A DNA stretch of 64,000 nt from a virus. The stretch covers positions 20,916 to 84,915 of the IMG/VR virus record IMGVR_UViG_3300027704_000014; one strand, given 5' to 3'. A program made the position numbers and the translations under genes. The notes under the pieces were generated by a model. It searched no databases. It saw only the letters and a list, made by a program, of their open reading frames with translations, and was not told where the DNA came from. Positions 46,253 to 54,532 of the stretch are shown piece by piece (the stretch's first letter is position 1; the number at the start of each line of letters is the position of its first letter).

Positions 46253-47065
46253 CTATCTGATATCGTTGTTCTTTGATATAACTTTCTTTAACACATCTAA
46301 CTTCACCCCTGATAACTTTGCATAATAAATTAATGCATTAGTATCCTTAGGGAAACAATGTCCTCCGAAACCTTTTTTGCCATCTGTGCCCGGTACTTGC
46401 ATATGACTGTTGCCTATGCGTGGATCACTAGCTAACATATCTGTGAACTGGTCCCAATCCGGATTAGCACCACTTGCCTCAAACAATTCGTGTATCTCAT
46501 TAAAGAAGGTTACTTTAGTTGCTAACCAACTGTTAATAGTATACTTGATAAGACTTGCTGTGATTAAATCTACTTTATAAGTAGGTACAACTTTAACACT
46601 ACTGTGCCTGTTATATGCTTTTTCAACTGCATCGCAGTCTTTCCATTTACCGCCTAGCACTTGCATGTTAGGATTAATAAAATCAGAATGAGCATTTGCT
46701 TCTGTGAGGAACTCTGGGTTATATACAATCTTAACGCCAAAGTCTTTTTTCATTGTTGTTAAATGTTTAGGGGTAATAGTACTCTTAATAACTACTATGC
46801 CTTTGTATTGCCTATCGTACAAATCGCTTAGTACTTGTCTTACAATACTTACATCACAGTCATCGTGTGTTAGCTGTTGTGCTGTTGGAACGCACACAAA
46901 AGTAATGCTTGGCTCAAACGTAATTAAGTCGTCTATAGTATTGCTGTTATGTTTAGTATCAACAACAAATTGTTCTACGTTTTTATTAAAGCCAGCAATA
47001 ACACTGCCTCCAACAAAGCCTGCTCCAATAATACCTAGTTTTAGTTTACCTTGGATCGCCGACAT
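46253..47065 (-). CDS. UDP-glucose dehydrogenase family protein, short form lacking the C-terminal domain
   Basis: GAGFVG, CVPT, KST, YNPEFL, KYTINS, DPRIG, GFGGHCFPKD. Confidence 0.88.
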   Translation of the reverse strand: MSAIQGKLKLGIIGAGFVGGSVIAGFNKNVEQFVVDTKHNSNTIDDLITFEPSITFVCVPTAQQLTHDDCDVSIVRQVLSDLYDRQYKGIVVIKSTITPKHLTTMKKDFGVKIVYNPEFLTEANAHSDFINPNMQVLGGKWKDCDAVEKAYNRHSSVKVVPTYKVDLITASLIKYTINSWLATKVTFFNEIHELFEASGANPDWDQFTDMLASDPRIGNSHMQVPGTDGKKGFGGHCFPKDTNALIYYAKLSGVKLDVLKKVISKNNDIR

Positions 47066-47297
47066 ACCATTCCTTTACTGTACTTGCTCTAAATGAACGC
47101 CATGCGTCTTTATCTAAACACCATACAACAAAATTATCACTTGTAGGTTCATACTTGTTTATGTTTGCTTGGCCGTTACTTAACTCTTCATTGAGAGTGC
47201 AAGGCATTATGCGTATCTCTTTTGTGTGTAGTTTTTCGAATACTACTGTGACAACACCTGCGTGTGCCTCTTTTAAAAACTTAGCTGCATCTTTCAT
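47046..47297 (-). CDS. DUF2693/WYL-like SH3-fold small protein
   Basis: VTVVFEK....IR.MPCTL...VWCLDKDAWRSFR. Confidence 0.75.
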   Translation of the reverse strand: MKDAAKFLKEAHAGVVTVVFEKLHTKEIRIMPCTLNEELSNGQANINKYEPTSDNFVVWCLDKDAWRSFRASTVKEWYVGDPR

Positions 47298-47322
47298 TAC
47301 ATTTCCTGTAGGTTAAAACACT

Positions 47323-47351
47323 ATTATATAATATCTTGACTAGGATGTCAA
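47323..47351 (-). promoter_or_regulatory. sigma70-type promoter
   Basis: Minus strand TTGACA-17 nt-TATAAT. Confidence 0.8.
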
Positions 47352-47358
47352 GAAGATT

Positions 47359-47517
47359 TTACCAGTTATGTATGTTGCCTGCTATGATAAAGAAGCATGT
47401 ACTGAAGTTTACTAACACAATAACTGTGCGTATTATTGCTATCTTATCTGCTTCTGCGTCTGTGGTACCTTCTTTCTCACCGATAGCTTTAGCCCATAAA
47501 CGCCAATACTGTTTCAT
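47359..47517 (-). CDS. small membrane protein, 52 aa
   Basis: Hand translation MKQYWRLWAKAIGEKEGTTDAEADKIAIIRTVIVLVNFSTCFFIIAGNIHNW*; one TM helix. Confidence 0.8.
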   Translation of the reverse strand: MKQYWRLWAKAIGEKEGTTDAEADKIAIIRTVIVLVNFSTCFFIIAGNIHNW

Positions 47518-47520
47518 GTG

Positions 47521-47871
47521 CTACTGCCCAAACTTGTATATAATTTCTGTTTCTATTTTACTTTTAAACAGAGAGGTATACTTAGTCTCTTCACTTTCGT
47601 ACTTGGTCTTAAAGATCCAGTTACCTTTCTTTACCTTGTAACCCATCTCCATACTGTGTCCGCCGGTCATAGGACCTGCTTCAATATACATGCCGTTAGC
47701 AATATACCCTAATCGTAAACTGTGGGTGTCCGTTTGAGACTTAGCGTCGTTGAATGGTAGCTCATGTGCGTATGCAACGTATCCTTGTGCATTTGCAGGA
47801 AAGGCGAATAGTATTAATAATAGTACTATTAATGCTGTTATCGATGTGTGTATCTTAGCCCTGATTGTCAT
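47521..47871 (-). CDS. small secreted or outer-membrane beta-barrel-like protein
   Basis: Signal peptide ending PANA; alternating beta-strands (LRLGY, MYIEAGP, MEMGYK); C-terminal IIYKF. Confidence 0.6.
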   Translation of the reverse strand: MTIRAKIHTSITALIVLLLILFAFPANAQGYVAYAHELPFNDAKSQTDTHSLRLGYIANGMYIEAGPMTGGHSMEMGYKVKKGNWIFKTKYESEETKYTSLFKSKIETEIIYKFGQ

Positions 47872-48872
47872 GCTATAAGTCCTTTTTCTAATAAATCTTG
47901 TATTTGTTTTTCTCTAACCATTGCACCCCAGCGTCTCGGATTAACATACGTTTTCTTAAAGAATTTACACATTTGTTCATTTGGATTGAACAACATCATG
48001 CTATTGATAGCTTCGTTGAGTTCGTGTCCTAATCTGCATACTTCTTTGTATAACAATTCCTGTTGCCATTCAATTCTAGTATAACTGCACTTCATATCAT
48101 TGAGGCCGTCAAACTTAGGTGCTACCTCATCATAGAAGAATGTTTTAAACCAATCAAAGTCTGATATTAAATTAACGTCCCAATCACTTAGTACTGCCAT
48201 TTGGCAACCAAGTCTTGAACCATATATAGCCCATAAGCCGTTTTCTACATCAGTGCCTATGTTACTCCAAGTCTGTAATCTATTATAATTGCCATACCAT
48301 ATTTGTTGCTGAAATTCATCTGCTGGTACCCTAGTACCTTGATCTAAACTCATTTTAACACCTTCTCTAAATCCTGCTCTGAAGGCTTGAAAAGGACTTG
48401 CTGTTTGATGCACTTCACTGAATGTGTCGTTAAGTTGTATATAGTTTAGCTTCCAACAAAACTCCATACCCTCACCGTCTGTTGCGGCTTCGTGTGTGTT
48501 AATGCCTTTAGTATATTCAGTAGGCCAACATTTAAGTCCGCCATTACCGTACACTAATCCGTTGAGAATGTTCTTTGCATTCCAACTAAAGATGCTCTCT
48601 GATATGTTGTTGCCATCTAAATCAGTATCAGGAACATCTAACACTTGCTCAAAGAAGTCGTCCATGACAATGTTATCTCCATCAACTGTAATAAAGCGAT
48701 CTGTTTCTGATTGGTTAGCACATGCCTTGTGAGCGGCATCAAATCCTTTAACACCGTGTACTCGTTTTGCCCATGGCACTTTGTTTAGTAAGTCTGCCCA
48801 ATGCTCTTCGCAGTTTGGTTCGTCGTAACTGATATAAAATATATCTAGTTCTGTGACATCAATCTTTGCCAT
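47868..48872 (-). CDS. GT-A fold glycosyltransferase-like protein
   Basis: DIFYISYDEP, KGFDAAHKA, TVDGDN (DxD), NGLVYGNGGLKCWP, AFRAGFREGVK. Confidence 0.7.
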   Translation of the reverse strand: MAKIDVTELDIFYISYDEPNCEEHWADLLNKVPWAKRVHGVKGFDAAHKACANQSETDRFITVDGDNIVMDDFFEQVLDVPDTDLDGNNISESIFSWNAKNILNGLVYGNGGLKCWPTEYTKGINTHEAATDGEGMEFCWKLNYIQLNDTFSEVHQTASPFQAFRAGFREGVKMSLDQGTRVPADEFQQQIWYGNYNRLQTWSNIGTDVENGLWAIYGSRLGCQMAVLSDWDVNLISDFDWFKTFFYDEVAPKFDGLNDMKCSYTRIEWQQELLYKEVCRLGHELNEAINSMMLFNPNEQMCKFFKKTYVNPRRWGAMVREKQIQDLLEKGLIA

Positions 48873-48887
48873 TAAATTTATTCCTGT

Positions 48888-49568
48888 TTATGTTCGCAAA
48901 TATTTATCGAACAAAGGTGCTGTATAAACTACACAATGGCGCAAGTCTGCTAATAGTTCTTTTTGTACACATTTTTCCGTAAGTAGCTCAACCATTGACA
49001 CAGTAACAGTATCAAAAATAACACCCTTCTGCTCCGGGTCGCACACATGAAATTTAAATATGCGTTTACCCTTGATTGTTGCTTGTATTGGGTATGTACC
49101 TTTAAATGATTCTTTAATTGCTTCGCTAAGTTCTATAATTGCGTAATCATCTTTTATGCTAATCATACAATCCGCTACTGTTTCAGTAGGACTGAATTCT
49201 ATTTTTATAACATCATCGTCTTTCATAGTAGCATACACTGTTGCCTGTGGTCGTAATTGCAACTCACATCTGCCATCTTTGCGTCTAACTACCCAAAACT
49301 TATTAACATCTTTGCCGTCAAGTACAGCGGTTTCTGTATTAGTGAATTCGTATGTTTGCCAAAGTGGATTAACTTCAGCCGCTGACTGAAATGTAACACT
49401 CACAATATCTCCGCGGTCATTAAAGAAAACTCTTTGAGAGCGGTATAAAGTATCTTGCTCGTCCATTAAGGCAGCAAAATTACCAGCGGATGCTTTACCT
49501 TCTAAAAAGCGATTCTTTCGTGCAAGTACTTGTGGATTAACTTCTGGCTCGTCTGGTGTAAATGTCAT
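48888..49568 (-). CDS. hypothetical protein, paralog of 49565-50239
   Basis: Shared ARK.RF...K, G.I.S, FTN...A.L, G.(R/K).F, TVT.S...L, D.R.C...T..LFD.Y. Confidence 0.75.
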   Translation of the reverse strand: MTFTPDEPEVNPQVLARKNRFLEGKASAGNFAALMDEQDTLYRSQRVFFNDRGDIVSVTFQSAAEVNPLWQTYEFTNTETAVLDGKDVNKFWVVRRKDGRCELQLRPQATVYATMKDDDVIKIEFSPTETVADCMISIKDDYAIIELSEAIKESFKGTYPIQATIKGKRIFKFHVCDPEQKGVIFDTVTVSMVELLTEKCVQKELLADLRHCVVYTAPLFDKYLRT

Positions 49569-50239
49569 TTCTTTTCCTCAACAAATTTATAATTGTCAAA
49601 TAATTTTAGTGTAAAAATACTGCAACCTCTAAAATCTGAGGGAGTTTCTTTTACTACTTTCGTACTATTTAGTATATCGTATAAAGAAATAGTCACAGTG
49701 TGGAACATAAAACTAGGATCGTTTTTAGATGTTAGATATAATGCAAACTGTTTTCTACCGTTAATAACAGCATCTTCGGATTTAATTTCTTCATACTTTT
49801 CTAACAATGATTTATGTGCTGTTATTGTTAATGCTTTCGAACTTAAACTTATCTTAATATCGTAAGTTGTTTTTGAATTCTTGTCAAGTTGGAATAAGAA
49901 ATCATTTTCAGTACTAATTTTATCAATTATTACAGGGCGTACTTCTATAAACTTAACATGTTTATTATGCTTGTCTGTGCGTATACGATACAGATTCCAA
50001 TTTTTATCTACCAATATAGCAACCTGTTCGTTGGTAAACTTAGCTATTTCGCATTGGTTCGATAGTTCTTCATTCCATTCTTTGCTCATGGAAATAATTG
50101 TGCCTTCTTCATCATGCCACACATTCCAATCTAGTGATTCAATGTGCTTTGTTAGGCCAGCAATGTCTCCGCCGTGTTCTGCTTTAGCGTCTGTGAATCT
50201 TTTCTTTCTAGCAAGAGCGGCTTCAGATACCAAAATCAT
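49565..50239 (-). CDS. hypothetical protein, paralog of 48888-49568
   Basis: Same shared motifs; overlap-coupled. Confidence 0.75.
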   Translation of the reverse strand: MILVSEAALARKKRFTDAKAEHGGDIAGLTKHIESLDWNVWHDEEGTIISMSKEWNEELSNQCEIAKFTNEQVAILVDKNWNLYRIRTDKHNKHVKFIEVRPVIIDKISTENDFLFQLDKNSKTTYDIKISLSSKALTITAHKSLLEKYEEIKSEDAVINGRKQFALYLTSKNDPSFMFHTVTISLYDILNSTKVVKETPSDFRGCSIFTLKLFDNYKFVEEKK

Positions 50240-51086
50240 TCTCCATTTGTTTAACCATGTCTGGCTTCATCCAGTTTTTCTCTACATAATGAAACGGTAG
50301 TAGTTGTTGGAAGTTTCCTATTTTAAAATCATTATACTTGTTATAATAAGTAGGTAATGACTTAGTCCAATCTTCTTCTATAAGTGTGGAAGGTATTTCC
50401 TGTACATGACTTTTCATGTGTACAAAAGTAGGAAAGTTATGAGCTAACGGCTTAGTACATTCTGCTTCTATGTCTAACAATTGCATTGCCAACGCATACG
50501 CAACGTCACCACTTAACCATGCTGGCTTTCCGTTAGGCATATACTTATAAAACATTCTTTGCCAATGTTGAAATATAATCTCAATCATTGCAAACAGTTC
50601 ACTGGCTAAATCACTTTTCTTAAAATAAAAGAATGCTGTGTAAACATTAGGTAACTCATTTTTTACAAAATACTTTCTATAGTAATCACTAGTAACAACA
50701 TCGCCTCTATATGTTCTAACGTTTGTAGTAGCCCATACATCTCGTTCACTTAACATATCCCACCAGTAACTTACATCAGTAGGAAATATCATATCAGTAT
50801 CTAATATAACTGTTTCATCATAAGGTGACATATGATAAAACTTCCATTTGTTGTTTATCTTCCAGGGATGATTTTCTGCATCATCATTCCACGGAATATC
50901 AACAATGTGATCAAATACTTGTTTGTGTTTTGTTTTTATTAATGCCTTCGTGTTGGTATCTACACACACCGTTAGATTGCTTACAGTGCTCTGTGTTAGC
51001 TTTAAATTGAGTGCTAGGGCATACGCCTGCTCTAAATAATCAACAGTCTTGTTGTTTTGTGCAATACAAATATACCCTTTACTCAT
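50223..51086 (-). CDS. GT-A glycosyltransferase (GT8/alpha-mannosyltransferase-like)
   Basis: KGYICIA, SPYDETVILDTDM (DxD), D.AYALA, FVHMK, HY. Confidence 0.75.
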   Translation of the reverse strand: MSKGYICIAQNNKTVDYLEQAYALALNLKLTQSTVSNLTVCVDTNTKALIKTKHKQVFDHIVDIPWNDDAENHPWKINNKWKFYHMSPYDETVILDTDMIFPTDVSYWWDMLSERDVWATTNVRTYRGDVVTSDYYRKYFVKNELPNVYTAFFYFKKSDLASELFAMIEIIFQHWQRMFYKYMPNGKPAWLSGDVAYALAMQLLDIEAECTKPLAHNFPTFVHMKSHVQEIPSTLIEEDWTKSLPTYYNKYNDFKIGNFQQLLPFHYVEKNWMKPDMVKQMENDFGI

Positions 51087-51187
51087 TTCTTTTTTCTTTT
51101 ATAGAACTGTTTATTAGCATTACGTTGGAAACTCCATTCAAGGAATTTACTAATTGCGTTACCTATCATTCGTTGTAATTTAAACAT
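51083..51187 (-). CDS. basic micro-protein, 34 aa
   Basis: MFKLQRMIGNAISKFLEWSFQRNANKQFYKRKKK*; TAATG overlap at the start and ATGA overlap at the end. Confidence 0.6.
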   Translation of the reverse strand: MFKLQRMIGNAISKFLEWSFQRNANKQFYKRKKK

Positions 51188-51402
51188 TATAGTTTAACCG
51201 CTAATAATAAAAGTATTGATATCAGCAAAACGTTTGTCATAAAAATTCCTATTGCTAATATCGTGTGGTACCATATCCATCTTGTCTTGTATGCGTTTTC
51301 AACAGTTAATGCTGCAGGATCTACATCATCCTTCATCATATCTATAACAACTGTCTCTGTAACTGTCTCTGGCTTTTTCCAGAATTGTGTAAACCAATTC
51401 AT
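51187..51402 (-). CDS. small membrane protein
   Basis: ENAYKTRWIWYH followed by a hydrophobic C-terminal helix. Confidence 0.7.
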   Translation of the reverse strand: MNWFTQFWKKPETVTETVVIDMMKDDVDPAALTVENAYKTRWIWYHTILAIGIFMTNVLLISILLLLAVKL

Positions 51403-51403
51403 C

Positions 51404-51724
51404 TTACTTACCCTTTAAAAAATAATTATTACCCTTAGAGAATTTACGCACTTTACCATTGTACCACATAACTTTTAGTAGAGATGTTTTTCTCATCCTT
51501 GGTAAAGTGTATTCCCATTCCTCTCCTTCCGTGTCAACCCAAGTACAATGATAGCCATACCATAAATGACTCTTGTACCATTTAACATTGCCGCCTTGCA
51601 TTATTAATTTTTCTAATGTCCAAAAATAGCAGTTGTTCTTTTTTGTTACTAGCCTAATTGGCCACATCCAAAAGAATACTATGAATATAAAAAATGCACA
51701 TAGTTTTCTACCTAGATCTTCCAT
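51404..51724 (-). CDS. hypothetical membrane-anchored protein
   Basis: N-terminal hydrophobic stretch; NCYFW. Confidence 0.65.
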   Translation of the reverse strand: MEDLGRKLCAFFIFIVFFWMWPIRLVTKKNNCYFWTLEKLIMQGGNVKWYKSHLWYGYHCTWVDTEGEEWEYTLPRMRKTSLLKVMWYNGKVRKFSKGNNYFLKGK

Positions 51725-51948
51725 TACTCTTTATTTTTGTATACTATATTCATTAACGAATCATCGTCAGTACTAGTACTGTTCTTTCTAACTTTAAACT
51801 CGTCACCGTCTTCTAACTTCATAGTATAACTATCGCTAGGTGGTGTAATTTCAGCATCTGCATTCATAAATCTTCTACGTTGTATCCAATCCAAATTGTT
51901 TTCTGGAACACTTGGGTTAAACTTTTTTGGTTGTTTTTTATCTGTCAT
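51724..51948 (-). CDS. hypothetical protein
   Basis: 74 aa, coupled to both neighbours. Confidence 0.6.
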   Translation of the reverse strand: MTDKKQPKKFNPSVPENNLDWIQRRRFMNADAEITPPSDSYTMKLEDGDEFKVRKNSTSTDDDSLMNIVYKNKE

Positions 51949-52193
51949 TCTTTAAATTTCCATTGTTCTCTAAACAGGCAGAAGCGCCTATTACCATCTG
52001 CTGTTTCATATACAAACTGCATCGATAATAGTTGTACTACTTTGCCTTCGAACGTACCATTTAATGTGCAGGTATGCTCAATTCGGTCACCTACGTTTGG
52101 TGTTTTCCTGGCTATCTTCTTCATCCTTTTCTTCTGGTTTGAGATGACTTTCATCTTCGCCGTGTCTACCACGCTGACGATTTCCATCTCCAT
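51945..52193 (-). CDS. hypothetical protein (small beta-fold)
   Basis: 82 aa; PNVGDRIEH...EGKVVQLL. Confidence 0.6.
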   Translation of the reverse strand: MEMEIVSVVDTAKMKVISNQKKRMKKIARKTPNVGDRIEHTCTLNGTFEGKVVQLLSMQFVYETADGNRRFCLFREQWKFKE

Positions 52194-52237
52194 TTAATTC
52201 TGTTAAATCTTGCTGTTTCTTTCTATAGTCCTTGTCT

Positions 52238-53134
52238 TCAGGCGACATAGTCGAGTAACTCCTTACTGATTCTGTTGATTGCCCATTTGTTCATTACATG
52301 CAAATCAACACCGCTCCATTTGGTAATCATAAAATCGCCAGGCGATCTAGGCTTTTCTAAATATAGTAAAAGTGTATCTTCATTTACTGCACTGTGTACA
52401 TCATCTGTATCAAATGTTTTGTACAGTGTTGTAGGCAGTTGAGGGACTCCTTTATCTACAAAGCCGGACATCATGTGTGCTGCTACACTAAAACTATAAT
52501 CATTTCTGTATAGTCTTCCCTTCCATTTGTATAAGTCTCTGTAAAATTGACTGTTGTCTTTTACATGCTTTACGCAATTGAAAAAACTTTCTACATACGG
52601 TGTCTTTCTAAAGTACACCACAGTAGCCCAATACATTGTTATGCCTAAGTCATTGAGTCTATCTAAGTTCTCAAACTTTCGTTCATACATAACATCCTGA
52701 AACTGCCAATTCATCATCAGTTCGTTGTTATGTCCCCAACACTGATTCAGTGTGTCGCTTAATACAAGATAGTCTGCATCAAGTAATATAGTTTCATCGT
52801 ACGGTGAGAGATCGTATGCATCACATCTATTTACATTATAAAACGATAAGTTCTTTGCAGTGTGACTAGTATCTTTAAATATGCGTATGTTTGCACGTTT
52901 AAAGTTTCTATCTTTTTCACTTATAACTATATTGTTTATTGCTTTTTTAATCTTTGCTTTGCCTAACTCTTTTTCTGCGTGAGCTAAACTATGCGAATCT
53001 GTAACCACAGTAATGTTTTTAATACCTAAATGTTTCTGTATCAAGAAACTGTTCACCACTGCCAACTTGAAATAATCGATTTCATCGTTGTTGTGGGCAA
53101 ACATTATAATGCCGCGACTATTCTTCTTTTTCAT
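52238..53134 (-). CDS. GT-A glycosyltransferase, paralog of 50223-51086
   Basis: RGIIMFA, SPYDETILLDADY (DxD), WATVVYFRK, RNDYSFSVA, HVMNK. Confidence 0.75.
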   Translation of the reverse strand: MKKKNSRGIIMFAHNNDEIDYFKLAVVNSFLIQKHLGIKNITVVTDSHSLAHAEKELGKAKIKKAINNIVISEKDRNFKRANIRIFKDTSHTAKNLSFYNVNRCDAYDLSPYDETILLDADYLVLSDTLNQCWGHNNELMMNWQFQDVMYERKFENLDRLNDLGITMYWATVVYFRKTPYVESFFNCVKHVKDNSQFYRDLYKWKGRLYRNDYSFSVAAHMMSGFVDKGVPQLPTTLYKTFDTDDVHSAVNEDTLLLYLEKPRSPGDFMITKWSGVDLHVMNKWAINRISKELLDYVA

Positions 53135-53477
53135 TTAAATCCAAAATCTTATGGACTTTTCTTGCCCTGCGTAGTTTTTCATACTCAGCATAGTAGTCGT
53201 TAGTTACTTCAAACCATCTACTTAAAATCTCTTTATGGAATGCTTTTAGCTCTACTTTAATAGGATTATCAAAGCTGTCTAGCAACACTGCATCTTTGTG
53301 TTTGAGATCTATAAGTTGCTTACAAAATGTAAGTAGCGGTAAGTCTATAACAAATGTGCCACCGTTTATACTATAACTCAATAAGTTCTGAGTTTTAGCC
53401 TTTAGGGCAGCGTTCTGATTATTCAGGGTAACTCGGTAATTTGCAAATTCTAGTGCTTTAGATAAACGTGTACTCAT
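53118..53477 (-). CDS. hypothetical phage protein
   Basis: L.KALEFANYRVTL.NQ...NGGTF...LLD...NPI; probably leaderless. Confidence 0.75.
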   Translation of the reverse strand: MSTRLSKALEFANYRVTLNNQNAALKAKTQNLLSYSINGGTFVIDLPLLTFCKQLIDLKHKDAVLLDSFDNPIKVELKAFHKEILSRWFEVTNDYYAEYEKLRRARKVHKILDLNEKEE

Positions 53478-53482
53478 ACCTA

Positions 53483-53488
53483 TATTTA
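53483..53488 (-). promoter_or_regulatory. T4-late-like promoter (TAAATA), 5 nt before ATG
   Basis: CTTAAATA-TAGGT-ATG directly after a terminator. Confidence 0.6.
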
Positions 53489-53492
53489 AGTC

Positions 53493-53525
53493 AAAAAAAA
53501 GCCAGCAACCGTAATTACTGGCTTT
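53493..53525 (-). terminator. intrinsic terminator
   Basis: Minus strand GCCAGTAAT-TACG-GTTGCTGGC then T8. Confidence 0.85.
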
Positions 53526-53544
53526 ATTTATATACGTCTATATA

Positions 53545-54516
53545 TTACGAGCCGCTAATTGCGCCTGTGCCATCAGTCGGTGTAGCAAAACTAAAACCTG
53601 AACCATTTGCGTTAGGCTGAAGTCTTCTTGCGTTAATAGTAAGTGTACCATTTACCGCTTCATCGAGAACGTTATCGCCTTCGTCGCGTAGTTTAGTCTG
53701 TATTGTAATTACAGTTGGGTTAGTAGTACTATTTACTTTAGCATTAACTTGAATATAATCTGATGTATATGGTGATGTTCCACCGTAAAAAATTATAACC
53801 TGTTGGAATGCTGTTGTTAGTTCATAGAGACCTAAACCTGCACTTGTTCCTGCACTTGCTGATGTTGTGTCATGATATAACCATACATCTGAAATGCCGC
53901 TTAGTTTATTAGTCCATTGTGTATTCTGACTATTACTTGTACCGCCACTTCTACTTGCACTCATGCCTACTGCACCACCACCATTAAAGTATGCTCTTAA
54001 AGCACCTTCACTAGCAAATGTCCATGTAGTTTCTTGTGTTAATGTATTAGTCCATGATGCTGTTCTTGTGACACTAGCATCTGTTGCAGCGGTTCTACTT
54101 GCTGGTACAAATCTATTGTCCCAACAATCTTTAACGTTTAACATTGTGTTGTTCCACGTTGCTGCTACCATACTGGTTCCTGTAGTAACATCTGAGCCTA
54201 CACCAGTTCTAACTGATTGTCCTAAAAACGCACACATTGCCTGCACATCATCCTGTAAATCTTTAAAGCCGCCTGCGCCAGTGTCTTGCACTGTACTACC
54301 TGCACTTGCTGCACTAACACCTGCACCACCTTGGTTCCAACCATATGTAGATGCTGTTGTAAATGTACCTAGAGTTACATCAGCTGCGCCACTTAGCAAA
54401 GTGTTTACATTGGTCCGAGCATTATTAAAGTCCACTGCTGCTACGGTATCTGTACCTGCTACGACTTGCGTCATATTAGTACCGCCTGTTATTGTAATTG
54501 CTGATCCTGAAGCCAT
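53545..54516 (-). CDS. Thr/Gly/Ser-rich virion structural protein
   Basis: YGWNQ, F.S....R.YFNGGG, GLYELT motifs; position in the tail module; aggag RBS. Confidence 0.65.
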   Translation of the reverse strand: MASGSAITITGGTNMTQVVAGTDTVAAVDFNNARTNVNTLLSGAADVTLGTFTTASTYGWNQGGAGVSAASAGSTVQDTGAGGFKDLQDDVQAMCAFLGQSVRTGVGSDVTTGTSMVAATWNNTMLNVKDCWDNRFVPASRTAATDASVTRTASWTNTLTQETTWTFASEGALRAYFNGGGAVGMSASRSGGTSNSQNTQWTNKLSGISDVWLYHDTTSASAGTSAGLGLYELTTAFQQVIIFYGGTSPYTSDYIQVNAKVNSTTNPTVITIQTKLRDEGDNVLDEAVNGTLTINARRLQPNANGSGFSFATPTDGTGAISGS

Positions 54517-54532
54517 TTAAATCTCCTAAAAT

